Source of the DNA: an uncultured Acidobacteriota bacterium
GTDB taxonomy: Bacteria; Acidobacteriota; Thermoanaerobaculia; Multivoradales; UBA5704
DNA: 64,000 nucleotides
Assembly: GCA_963770895.1 (NCBI GenBank)
Contig: CAVYRF010000002.1
Coordinates: 448,001-512,000 of the forward strand
Reading direction: 5' to 3'
Part shown: positions 1-9,161 of the stretch, piece after piece
Layout of the letters: each line of letters opens with the position of its first letter
Numbering within the stretch: position 1 is the stretch's first letter
Program-made: the position numbers and the translations under genes
The notes under the pieces: model-generated
What the model was told of the DNA's origin: nothing
The model's input: only the letters and a program-made list of their open reading frames with translations
Database searches by the model: none

Positions 1-188
1 TGGCGCAGAAGATCAAGGCGCGGGTGATCGCCGAAGGCGTGGAGAGCATGCAGGAGTTCGAAGCCCTGCGCGCCATGGACGTCACCTTCGCCCAGGGCTT
101 CTATTTCGCCGTCCCCTCGGTGCTCAGCGGCCCCACCCCGCTCCACCTGCGCGAGCGCTTCGCCGCCGCCGAGCCCGAAGCCCACTAG
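1..188 (+). CDS. EAL-domain (c-di-GMP phosphodiesterase-like) protein, 3' fragment
   Basis: Frame from base 3 reads AQKIKARVIAEGVESMQEFEALRAMDVTFAQGFYFAVP...EAH*. VIAEGVE and QGFYF are typical EAL C-terminal motifs. TAG at 186-188. Confidence 0.85.
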   Translation, partial: AQKIKARVIAEGVESMQEFEALRAMDVTFAQGFYFAVPSVLSGPTPLHLRERFAAAEPEAH

Positions 189-221
189 CGCTGGCGCCGG
201 CGCTCGCCGCGGGCGGCAGGA

Positions 222-1760
222 TCAGCCCGGCGCGGGCGTGCGGCGGATGGTGTCGGCGAGGATGAGGCCGTCGCGGCGCGGCTGCCATTCGACGTTGTCG
301 CGGGCGCCGAAGATGACGGACGGAGAATAGAGCGGCACAAAAGCCAGGTCGTCCATCAGCACGCGCATCGAGCGCTCCAGCTGGGTCCGGCGGGCCAGCA
401 GGTCCAAGGTGCTGCCGCTCTCCTCGATCATGGTGTCGAGCGCCGGGTTGGCGTAGTGGTTGAAGTTGTTGGCGCCGTATCCGCGCCGCGGATCGCGGCT
501 GTGCACCATCGAATCGAAAAAATCGCTGGCGTCCCCCGACAGGCAGAACCAGCCGCCAAAGTAGAACTCCACGTCGCCGGCCAGGATGCGCGGGAACAGC
601 CGCACCCACTGCTGCTCTTCGGGGTGCAGGCGGATGCCGGCGGCGCGCAGCTGGCGCTCGACGGCGGCAACCTCGCCGGCGCGCCCCTGGCGGAAGGTGA
701 CCAGCAGGTCGATGCCATCCGGATGGCCGGCCGCGCTCAGCAGCGCGCGCGCCGCCGCCGCGTCGGCGGCGGGGGGCAGGATGTCCGGCGCGAACCCGAA
801 TACGTTGCGCCCCACCATCTGGCCCACCGGCACCCCCTCGCCGTAGAGCGCGGCGCCCACCAGGGCGCGGCGGTCCAGCGCCAGGTAGATCGCCCGCCGC
901 ACGCGCACGTCGGAAAACGGCGGCAGATCGCGGCGCAGCACGAAGAACGTGACGCCCAGGCTGTCCTGGCGGATGACCCGGCAGCCGCGGCCGGCGACGA
1001 TGCGCCGCACGTTTTCGGGGCCGGGCTCCTGCACGATGTCGACGTCGCCGGCGAGCAGCCGCTGGATGCGGACGCCGACGTCGGCGACCGGCAGGAAGTC
1101 CACCTGCGGTTCGAACGGGGCGCCGCCCCAATAGCCGGGATTGGCCACCATGCTGAGACGCTTGCCGGGCTGGTAGGCGGCCAGGCGATACGGCCCGGTA
1201 CCCACCGGCTGGCGGATCTCGCTGGGCGCTCCCGCCGGCACGATGAAGATGAACGCCAGCTTGTTGAGCAGGATGGGATAGGGGCGCCGGGTCGTGATCT
1301 GGACGGTATGGGCGTCCAGGGCGGTGATGCGGTCGATGGCGACCAGGTAGCCGCCGACGTTGCTGCGCTGCGCGTCGCGGGCGCAGTCGAAGCTGAACAG
1401 CACGTCGCGGGCGGTGAACTCGCTGCCGTCGTGGAAGTGGACGCCGCGCCGCAGGTGGAAGATCCAGGTCAGCTCGTTGGGGTTCTCCCAGCTCTCCGCC
1501 AGGGCCGGCCCGACCTTGGTGCCGGCGTCGAAGGCGGTCAGCGCCTCATAGATGTTGCGCAGGACGGAAAAGGTGAGCAGCTCGTTGCGCAGGTACGGGT
1601 CCAGCGTCAACGGATCGGCATACAGCGCGATGCGCAGCGGCCGCCGCGGCGCCGCGGGCACGCTCGGCGACGGCTTGGCGCAGCCGCCCGCCAGCGCTAT
1701 CAGCGCCGCTATCGCCGCCATCGCCACTTTTGGCGCCATCGCGAGTCGTCGCCTCATCAC
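222..1760 (-). CDS. ABC transporter substrate-binding lipoprotein, family 5 (OppA/DppA-like)
   Basis: Lipobox-like LAGGC, plus IYEALT, PALAESW, LRRGVHFHDGSEFTARDV, PVGTGPY and DVRVRRAI motifs. Confidence 0.9.
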   Translation of the reverse strand: MMRRRLAMAPKVAMAAIAALIALAGGCAKPSPSVPAAPRRPLRIALYADPLTLDPYLRNELLTFSVLRNIYEALTAFDAGTKVGPALAESWENPNELTWIFHLRRGVHFHDGSEFTARDVLFSFDCARDAQRSNVGGYLVAIDRITALDAHTVQITTRRPYPILLNKLAFIFIVPAGAPSEIRQPVGTGPYRLAAYQPGKRLSMVANPGYWGGAPFEPQVDFLPVADVGVRIQRLLAGDVDIVQEPGPENVRRIVAGRGCRVIRQDSLGVTFFVLRRDLPPFSDVRVRRAIYLALDRRALVGAALYGEGVPVGQMVGRNVFGFAPDILPPAADAAAARALLSAAGHPDGIDLLVTFRQGRAGEVAAVERQLRAAGIRLHPEEQQWVRLFPRILAGDVEFYFGGWFCLSGDASDFFDSMVHSRDPRRGYGANNFNHYANPALDTMIEESGSTLDLLARRTQLERSMRVLMDDLAFVPLYSPSVIFGARDNVEWQPRRDGLILADTIRRTPAPG

Positions 1761-1845
1761 CGCTCCGGGGGGGTTGCTGCCGGCAGTCTACACCCGCCGA
1801 GGCGGCGGGCGGCGCGAGGCGGGCGCCGGCCCGGCGGCGGGTGCG

Positions 1846-3426
1846 TCAGCCGTGGTCGATCAGCGCCATGACGATGCGGTCCTGCGCCTGGCGGGCTTCG
1901 CCCGTCGAGCGGGTGCGGTTGAGCAGGACCGAAAAGGCGTAGGTCTTGCCCGACACGGCGCGGGCGTAGCCGGAGAGAGCCGAAACGCCGTCGATCGTGC
2001 CGGTCTTGGCGAACACGTTGCCGCGGTAGGGCGGCAGCGTCATGCGTCCGTGCAGCGACCCATCCTCGTCTCCTGAGCCGGGCAGCGACTGCACGAACTC
2101 CGCCCCCCACTGGTGGTAGTACATGTGGCGCAGCAGCTGGGTGGTGGCGCGCGGCGTGAAGCGGTTCTGGCGGCTGAGCCCCGAGCCGTCGACCATGTGG
2201 AAGGCGCCGGCCGGCACGCCCAGGCCGACCAGAAATTCGCCCACCGCCCGCACGCCCTCGCTCCACGACCCTTCGCCGCAGCGGCGGGCGCCGACCAGCT
2301 TGAGCAGGCTCTCGGCATAGTAGTTCTGGCTGCGCTTGTTGGCGGTGCGCACGCTGTCGAGCAGGCTGCTGCGGTAGGCCGCGACGCGCTCCCACACCGG
2401 CCCCGGCAGGCGCTCGACCGGCCGCAGCTGGCCGCGCACCTCGATGCCCTCTTCGGCCAGCGCCTGCACCAGGCCGAGCCCGAAGTAGCGCACCGCGTCG
2501 GGCACGGTGACCCACTCTTCGAGCGGCCCCGAGTTGCGGAAGATGCTGCCGGTGACGACCAGCACGTCGTCGCGGCGCACGATGGTCAGGTGGTTGTTGC
2601 GCGGCGACGCGGAGGTGCGGGCGCTGGATTCGACGTGCAGCACCGGCACCGGCGGCACGATCTCGACGCGCGCCGCGCCGCCGCGCTGGCTGGGCCAGAC
2701 CCGCACCAGCACGCAGCTGTCGTTGAACGACAGCGCGGCGATCGGCGCCTCGTACCAGCTGGCGAGCTGGCCGCGCGGCCAGTCGGGGTGGACCTGGCGG
2801 GCCTCGAACAGCCCGTCGTCCAGGTAGAGGTCGCCCGCGATGCGGCGCACGCCGCGCGCCGCCAGGTCGTGCGCCCAGCCGCGAAAGACGGCAAACGAAT
2901 CGCCGTCGAAGGCGCGGCCTGAAATGTTGGGATCGCCCGCGCCGACGACGCCCAGGTCGCCGTGCAGCTCGCCGTCCTGCACCACGCCGCGCAGCAGCAG
3001 GCGGGTTTCATACAGATACCCGGGGCCGAACGCGTCCAGCGCGGCGGCGGTGGTGAACAGCTTGGTGTTCGAAGCGGTGACCCGCTCCTCGTCGCCGTTG
3101 TAGGTGTAGACGGTGTCGCCGCTCGCCAGGTCCACCACATTCACTCCGAGCGCCGAGGTGTCGCGCATCGCCCTGCCCACCTCCAGGCCGACCGCCTGCT
3201 GCAGCGGCGTGGCGCCCACCGCCGGCACACCGACCGCCTGTGCCGGCGCGTCCTGGTGCCGCGGATGGCGCGGGCGCGCGGCGGCAGCGGCGGCGCTGGC
3301 GGCGGCCGGCCCGCCGCCGGGCAGCAGGGCGGCGACCAGCCAGGCGGCGACCCACGCCGCCAGCGGCCGCCGCGCGCCGGCGAGCCCGGTGGTGGCGAGC
3401 CGGATGGCGGCGGCGAGGCGCCTCAT
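1846..3426 (-). CDS. dacB: D-alanyl-D-alanine carboxypeptidase/endopeptidase (PBP4, peptidase S13)
   Basis: SxxK (ASNTK), SxN (SQN), KTG (AKTGT), GAGDP and DGSGLSR motifs. Start placed at MRRLAA (3426), overlapping the upstream stop. Confidence 0.9.
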   Translation of the reverse strand: MRRLAAAIRLATTGLAGARRPLAAWVAAWLVAALLPGGGPAAASAAAAAARPRHPRHQDAPAQAVGVPAVGATPLQQAVGLEVGRAMRDTSALGVNVVDLASGDTVYTYNGDEERVTASNTKLFTTAAALDAFGPGYLYETRLLLRGVVQDGELHGDLGVVGAGDPNISGRAFDGDSFAVFRGWAHDLAARGVRRIAGDLYLDDGLFEARQVHPDWPRGQLASWYEAPIAALSFNDSCVLVRVWPSQRGGAARVEIVPPVPVLHVESSARTSASPRNNHLTIVRRDDVLVVTGSIFRNSGPLEEWVTVPDAVRYFGLGLVQALAEEGIEVRGQLRPVERLPGPVWERVAAYRSSLLDSVRTANKRSQNYYAESLLKLVGARRCGEGSWSEGVRAVGEFLVGLGVPAGAFHMVDGSGLSRQNRFTPRATTQLLRHMYYHQWGAEFVQSLPGSGDEDGSLHGRMTLPPYRGNVFAKTGTIDGVSALSGYARAVSGKTYAFSVLLNRTRSTGEARQAQDRIVMALIDHG

Positions 3427-5471
3427 GGGTGCGCCGCCGGCGGCGCGACCGCGGGCGTGGCGCCGGCGCCGCGCACCAGGTAGGTGTCGAACCAGCGGGT
3501 GATGGCCGCGGCGGAGCGGATGCGATTGGCGGTCTTGCGGAAGCCGTGCCCTTCGTCCGCGAACAGCACGTACTCGACCGGCACGCCGCGTCGCTTGAGC
3601 GCGTCGACCACCTGCTCGGCTTCGACGACCGGCACGTTGGTGTCGTTGGCGCCGTGCAGCACCAGGGTGGGAGCGATGACGCGATCCAGCTTGTAGATCG
3701 GCGACAGCGACCGCAGCAGCTCGCGCTGCGTGTCGGGATCGCCATACTCCACCTTGGACACCGCCGCCATCCACGGCTCGGTGTGGGCAAAAAAGGTTTC
3801 GAAGTTGACGATGCCGTACAGGTCGGCGCCGGCGGCGAACAGGTCGGGGAACTCGGTCAGCCCCGCCATGGTCATGTAGCCGCCGTAGGAGCCGCCCATG
3901 ATGCCCAACCGGTGCGGGTCGGCGATCCGTTCGCGCACCAGGTATTCGGCGGCGGCGCGGATGTCGGCCACCGCGCCGGTGCGCAGGGCGCCGTTGTCCA
4001 GGTTGACGAAGCGCTTGCCGAAACCCGACGAGCCGCGCACGTTGGGGGCGAGGACGCCGATGCCGCGCGCCAGGAGCGCCTGGTAGAGGGGGTTGAAACC
4101 GGGGCGCTCCTGGCTTTCCGGCCCGCCATGAAAGCTGAGCACGAACGCTCCCGGCGGCGGCGCCGCCGCCATCGCCCCGCGTCCGCCGCCGCGCACCGGC
4201 GCCACCTGAGGTCGATAGAGCCAACCGGTCAGCGGCAGGCCGTCGAGCGCCGCAAAGCGCACCAGCTCGGGCGCCACCAGCGCCGCCGGATCGACGCCGG
4301 GATGCGGCGCGTGGGTGAGCTGGCGCAGGTGCCCCGAGGCACGGTCCAGGATCCACACGTCGCGCGGCTGGCGCGAACCGACCAGGGTGAGCGCCAGCAG
4401 GCGGCCGTTGTGCGAAAAGGCCATGCCGTCGACGATTTCAGCCGGGAGCGCCGGCGCCGGCTCCTGGGCGAGCGTCGCCAGGTCCAGGAAGGCGAGCTGC
4501 GAGCGGCCGGCGACGTTCCACAGCAGCGCCGCGGTGTGGCCGTCCTCGGTGACGCGGAAGCTGTCCAGCTCGGCGTCGTCGCGCGCCGCGATCGGCTCGA
4601 CGGCGGACGCCGCCACGGCGCCGCCGGCGTCGCGGCTCAAGCGCACGCGGGCCAGCACGGAGCGGTCGCTGTCCTTGTTGGAGGTGAGATAGACCGTCGC
4701 GCCGTCGGGCGCAAAGACCGCGCCGCCGAACGAGGCGGGCGGCGTGTGAGGGGTGAGCAGGGTTTCGCGGCCGCTCGCCAGCTCGACCAGCGAGACGTCT
4801 TCGTCTCCCCGCTGCCGCACCCGCGAGATCAACGCGTAGCGGCCGTCGCGGCTGACGTCCCCGAGCGACCCGACGCCGCCGCCGGCGGCGAGCCGGCGCC
4901 AGCCGCCGCTGGCCGGGTCGTAGGTGTAGGGGTCGAGCGACGCGGCACCGGCGCGCGTCGAGCTGAGCAGCAGCAGACGCCCGTCGTGACTGAAACCGTC
5001 CAGCGTGTTGTTGACCTTGCCGCCGTCGGTCACCCGCGCCAGCTGCCTGCCGTCGGGGCGCATCAGGTAGACCTGCGTGTTCATGCCGCCCCCCGGAGCC
5101 ACGCTGAGCGCCAGCGAGCCGCCTTCCGGCGACCACTCCACCCCGCCCACCGGGTCGGCGAAGCCGGTCAGCTGCTCGGGCCAGCCGCCGTCCACCGGCA
5201 CCGTCCACACTTCCGGCACACCGCTCAAGTTGGACACGAACGCCAGGCGCAGCCCGTCCGGCGAAAAGCTGGGCGACCAGCAGCCCCCCACCCCGGCCAG
5301 GCGCGCCACCTCCCGCTCCAGCTCGCCGTCGCCGTCCGGCGCGGCGATGACGGCAGCCGCGGCGGTGCCGGCCGCGGGCGCCGGTGCCGCCGCCAGGCCG
5401 GGCCGCAGCGCCAGCAGAGGGAGCGCGGCCGTCCAGGCCAGGGTGCGCAGAAGCGGAAAGGGGAAGGTCAT
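3423..5471 (-). CDS. S9 family (prolyl oligopeptidase/acylaminoacyl-peptidase) secreted serine peptidase
   Basis: Signal-like N-terminus, beta-propeller repeats (FSPDG, WSPEG), HGGP, GGSYGG nucleophile, HGANDTNV and DEGHG. GAGGAG RBS before the ATG at 5471. Confidence 0.9.
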   Translation of the reverse strand: MTFPFPLLRTLAWTAALPLLALRPGLAAAPAPAAGTAAAAVIAAPDGDGELEREVARLAGVGGCWSPSFSPDGLRLAFVSNLSGVPEVWTVPVDGGWPEQLTGFADPVGGVEWSPEGGSLALSVAPGGGMNTQVYLMRPDGRQLARVTDGGKVNNTLDGFSHDGRLLLLSSTRAGAASLDPYTYDPASGGWRRLAAGGGVGSLGDVSRDGRYALISRVRQRGDEDVSLVELASGRETLLTPHTPPASFGGAVFAPDGATVYLTSNKDSDRSVLARVRLSRDAGGAVAASAVEPIAARDDAELDSFRVTEDGHTAALLWNVAGRSQLAFLDLATLAQEPAPALPAEIVDGMAFSHNGRLLALTLVGSRQPRDVWILDRASGHLRQLTHAPHPGVDPAALVAPELVRFAALDGLPLTGWLYRPQVAPVRGGGRGAMAAAPPPGAFVLSFHGGPESQERPGFNPLYQALLARGIGVLAPNVRGSSGFGKRFVNLDNGALRTGAVADIRAAAEYLVRERIADPHRLGIMGGSYGGYMTMAGLTEFPDLFAAGADLYGIVNFETFFAHTEPWMAAVSKVEYGDPDTQRELLRSLSPIYKLDRVIAPTLVLHGANDTNVPVVEAEQVVDALKRRGVPVEYVLFADEGHGFRKTANRIRSAAAITRWFDTYLVRGAGATPAVAPPAAHP

Positions 5472-5627
5472 GGTGCAGCTCCTCAAGGAATCGCCGAATC
5501 GCCGCGGGCGCCGTAGCCGCGCCGGCACAGTGTAGTGGCCCGTATGCGAGAAATCGAGAGCGGACGCGGATCGCGGCCGCGCCGGCGGCCCCCGCCGAGG
5601 CCACGGAGTTGTAGTAGCCTGCCGCGC

Positions 5628-6071
5628 ATGCCGGCCTCCTTGGCGTCCATCGCGGCGCGCTCGGTCCTGGGAGCGGCCCTGGCCTGGGCGGCCATCGGCT
5701 TCGGCGACGAGGTCCGGGCGCACGCGCGGGCCTGTGCGGCGGCCGCCCCTCGACAGGCGCCGGCGCTCGCATGGCGGTTCGGCACGCCCCCGGTCGAGCG
5801 TCTGCGCGCTCTCCTCGACGCGGCCCATCGCTCGCTGCCGCCCGGCGCCCTGGTCGGCTTTGCGCCGGCGCCAGGCTGCCGCGGCGAAGAGGCCTTCTTC
5901 CAGCGCCTTTGGGCTGCCTACCTGGCACCGGACCTCAACGTCGTCGCTGAGGACCAGGCCCACGCCTACACCCGCTATCTCATCGCCGACGGCGCGCTCC
6001 TGGACCGGCCCGAGACCCGGCTGCTGCTGCCGCTGCCAGGCGGGGCGCTCTATCGGATCGGTCCGCCGTGA
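5628..6071 (+). CDS. Hypothetical exported/membrane-anchored protein
   Basis: Hydrophobic N-terminus. Stop overlaps the GTG of the next gene. TAGCCT -10-like box 7 nt before the ATG at 5628. Confidence 0.5.
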   Translation: MPASLASIAARSVLGAALAWAAIGFGDEVRAHARACAAAAPRQAPALAWRFGTPPVERLRALLDAAHRSLPPGALVGFAPAPGCRGEEAFFQRLWAAYLAPDLNVVAEDQAHAYTRYLIADGALLDRPETRLLLPLPGGALYRIGPP

Positions 6072-7435
6072 CCTGGTGGAGCGGCGCCCCCTACGCAGCC
6101 GTCGCGCTCCTGGCGTCGCTCCTGATCCTCCTCGGCAGCCGGGCCGACGGCCTTGCCGGCGAACGCGACAGCGCGGCGTTCCGCCTGGTGCTGTGGTGTC
6201 TCGCCGGCGCGGCCGGCTTCCAGGTCATCCTGCTGGTTCTCCAGGCGGCGCGCATCCCCTGGCATCCGCTGATCCTCGTGGGCGCCCTGGGCGTCGCGAT
6301 CGGGATCGGCCATCGATACCTCCACGGGACGCCGGCGCGGGCGCCGGCTGCCGCGGCGCACCGCTGGGGGCCTGGCGACGCCGTCGCCGGCCTGGCGCTG
6401 GGCGCCTACGCGTGGTTCGCCTTTTCGCTCTGCATCACCCTGCCTGATTTCGTCTTCCATTGGGGCGTCGAGGGGGAGCGCTTCGCCCTCCGCCGCGGCA
6501 TCGACTTCGCCTTCCTGCAGATGCCGTGGAACGTCGTCCCCCTCCATCCGGACTACCCCACGCTCTTGCCGAGCCTCTACGCTGCCGCCGCGCTCCTGGC
6601 CGGCCGCTACGACACCCGGTCCATGATGGCCTGGTCGGTCGGCTGCTTCGCCCTGCTCCTGCTCGCCGCTCGCGAAGCGCTGCGGCAGGCGGGAGTCGAA
6701 CGCCTGGTGGCGCAGGCCGCGCTGGCGCTCCTGGCGCTCACCGTGGCCGCCGCCGGGATGCGGGGCACGATGGCCGGCGGCGCCGACTGGATGGTGGCGC
6801 TGGCCACCGTCGCGGCACTGCCGGCGCTGCTGCGTCCGGCCGACCGGCTGGGCAGCTGGCAGATGGGCGTCGCCGGCGCCTTCGCCGCCGCCGCCAAGCT
6901 CGAAGGCATCACTCTGGCCGGGGTCTTCATCCTGGTGCAGTCTGTCCGCCTGGCTGCCGGCACCCGGCGCGGCCAGCCGTTCGACGGCCGGGCTCTGGCA
7001 GGGCTCCTGGCGCCCGTCGCCGCGGTCACCCTGCCCTGGCAGGCGGCAGTGCATCACTATCACCTGTCGGACCCGCTGCTCGGCGGCATCCATTTCCAGA
7101 ACGGCAGGGCGATCTGGACGGCGTTGCGCTACGAGCTGGCGGCGAGCCCTGCCTGGCATGGATTCGCCTGGAGCCTGCTGGTTCTGCCGCTGCTTGCCCT
7201 GTGGCGCAGGCTGCGGCCGATCGCGGCGGTCACGGCTTTGCAACTGCTGTGCTTTCTCTGCATCTACTTCTCCTTTCTCTCCGACCCCACGCCGCTGATC
7301 GTCGAAAGCTTCGACCGCCTGGAGCTCGACCTCCTGCCCGCCATCCTGATCGCCTCGGCGATCGCGCTCGACTCCCTGGGAAAGCCGAAACCCAACTTGC
7401 AGGCACGCTCGCCGGGCATCTTCGTTTCTAGTTAA
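6068..7435 (+). CDS. Multi-pass membrane protein, possibly GT-C (ArnT/PMT-like) glycosyltransferase
   Basis: About 12 hydrophobic segments, HPDYPTLLP and KLEG motifs, adjacent to a GT2 gene. Confidence 0.55.
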   Translation: MTWWSGAPYAAVALLASLLILLGSRADGLAGERDSAAFRLVLWCLAGAAGFQVILLVLQAARIPWHPLILVGALGVAIGIGHRYLHGTPARAPAAAAHRWGPGDAVAGLALGAYAWFAFSLCITLPDFVFHWGVEGERFALRRGIDFAFLQMPWNVVPLHPDYPTLLPSLYAAAALLAGRYDTRSMMAWSVGCFALLLLAAREALRQAGVERLVAQAALALLALTVAAAGMRGTMAGGADWMVALATVAALPALLRPADRLGSWQMGVAGAFAAAAKLEGITLAGVFILVQSVRLAAGTRRGQPFDGRALAGLLAPVAAVTLPWQAAVHHYHLSDPLLGGIHFQNGRAIWTALRYELAASPAWHGFAWSLLVLPLLALWRRLRPIAAVTALQLLCFLCIYFSFLSDPTPLIVESFDRLELDLLPAILIASAIALDSLGKPKPNLQARSPGIFVSS

Positions 7436-7438
7436 ACT

Positions 7439-8230
7439 ATGGTCGTGCCCTGCGATCCGAGCGTTGCGCCCTCCGATCCGATCTTCGTCGGCATTCCGAT
7501 CCTCAATCGGGCCGACCTGCTGGAGCGCTGCCTGGACTCGATCGACCAGCCGGCGCACGTGCTGGTGGTGAACAACAACACGGTGGACGAGCGCTTCAAC
7601 GACCAGCTCTGGAAGCTCGCGTCGGCGCGCGGCCTGGAGGTCGCCGACCAGGCCCGCAACCTGGGCATCGCCGCTTCCTGGAACCTCATCCTCGAAACCG
7701 GGATGGCGCGCGGTTTCGACCTGATCATGATCGGATCGAACGACGTCCTGCTGTCGCCGGGCTCCCTGGCAAGGGTCCAGTCGTACCCGAAGGAGGAGCG
7801 GGAGGTCATCTGGCACGTCCATGCCTGGAACTTCTTCGCCATCCACCGCCGCGCCGTCGCCCAGGTCGGCTGGTTCGACGAAAACTTCTACCCCGCCTAC
7901 AAGGAAGACCAGGACTATATGTACCGTTGCCAGCTGGCCGGCGCCGAGCGCGTCTCGACCGATGAGATCGGCGGCGGCAGCGAGCACCTGGGCTCGCAGA
8001 CCATCCACAGCGACCCCCATTACTACGCCTGCAACGAGGACACCCACCTGCGGTGGAACCTGTCGTACTACCTGGACAAGTGGGGCGGCGATTTTGGCGC
8101 CGAGCGCTACACCACGCCGTTTGGGGATGCCCGCCGTGACTGGCGGTGGTGGCCGCCGCCCGGTCCGTCCATCGCCGAGCGCGACTGGGACCGCGACCGC
8201 CGCCGGAGCCACAACCCGGCCGCCCGGTAG
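7439..8230 (+). CDS. Glycosyltransferase family 2 protein
   Basis: GIPILNRADLLERCLDSI, NLGIAASWN and VGWFDENFYPAYKEDQDYMYR motifs. Confidence 0.8.
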   Translation: MVVPCDPSVAPSDPIFVGIPILNRADLLERCLDSIDQPAHVLVVNNNTVDERFNDQLWKLASARGLEVADQARNLGIAASWNLILETGMARGFDLIMIGSNDVLLSPGSLARVQSYPKEEREVIWHVHAWNFFAIHRRAVAQVGWFDENFYPAYKEDQDYMYRCQLAGAERVSTDEIGGGSEHLGSQTIHSDPHYYACNEDTHLRWNLSYYLDKWGGDFGAERYTTPFGDARRDWRWWPPPGPSIAERDWDRDRRRSHNPAAR

Positions 8231-8291
8231 CGGGATGGCATCCGGCTGCCGCCATAGGCCACACCGCCGGCGGCCGGAAGCCGGAGCCGCC

Positions 8292-9161
8292 TCAGTCGTA
8301 CGCTGGCGGACGGCCCAGGGCGCGCGGCGGCCGCGACGTGCCGATGAAACCGGCCAGCACCACCAGGGTCAGCACGTAGGGGATCGTCTGGATGAGCTGC
8401 ACCGGGACGTGGGCGACGCCCTGCAGCTGGATGGCGACCGCCTCGGCAAGGCCGAAGAGCAGGCACGCGACGGCGGTGCGCAGCGGCCGCCAGCCGCCGA
8501 AGATCAGCGCCGCCAGCGCGATGAAGCCGCGGCCGGCGGTCATGTTGCGGGTGAACAGCGACGACTGGCCGATCGACAGGTAGGCGCCCCCCAGCGCCGC
8601 CAGCACCCCGGACAGCACCACCGCCGCATAGCGCAGCCGGGCCACGTCGATGCCGGCGGTGGCGGCGGCTTCGGGGTTCTCGCCGGCGGCGCGCAGGTGC
8701 AGCCCGAAACGGGTGCTGCGCAGCACCCAGGCGGTGATCGGCACCAGCGCGTAGGCGGCCACGACCGGCGCCCGCGGCAGCAGCTGCGCCCGCGGCAGCG
8801 GCGGCGTGGCGCCGTTGGTGCCGAACAGCGCGCCGGACAAAAGCGGCGGCAGCCCCAGGAACACGATGTTGATCGCCGTGCCGCTCACCACCTGGTTGGC
8901 GCCGAAGCGGATCGACGCCACGGCGTGGACCCAGGCCGCCGCGCCGCCCGCGGCCAGCGCCGCCAGCAGCCCCAGCCAGGGATCGCCGGTGGCCCAGGTG
9001 ACCGCCGCCGCGGTGAAGGCGCCGGCCAGCATCAGCCCCTCCAGCGCGATGTTCATGACCCCCGACCGCTCGGCGTACAAACCGCCCAGCGCCGCCAGCA
9101 GCAGCGGCGTCGCCATGCGCACCGTCGACAGCGCCAGAAATCCGGCCAGCCCCGAGGTCAT
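8292..9161 (-). CDS. ABC transporter permease (nucleoside/simple sugar type)
   Basis: ERSGVMNIALEG, LRAAGENPEAAATAGI and GRGFIALAALIFG. Confidence 0.9.
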   Translation of the reverse strand: MTSGLAGFLALSTVRMATPLLLAALGGLYAERSGVMNIALEGLMLAGAFTAAAVTWATGDPWLGLLAALAAGGAAAWVHAVASIRFGANQVVSGTAINIVFLGLPPLLSGALFGTNGATPPLPRAQLLPRAPVVAAYALVPITAWVLRSTRFGLHLRAAGENPEAAATAGIDVARLRYAAVVLSGVLAALGGAYLSIGQSSLFTRNMTAGRGFIALAALIFGGWRPLRTAVACLLFGLAEAVAIQLQGVAHVPVQLIQTIPYVLTLVVLAGFIGTSRPPRALGRPPAYD

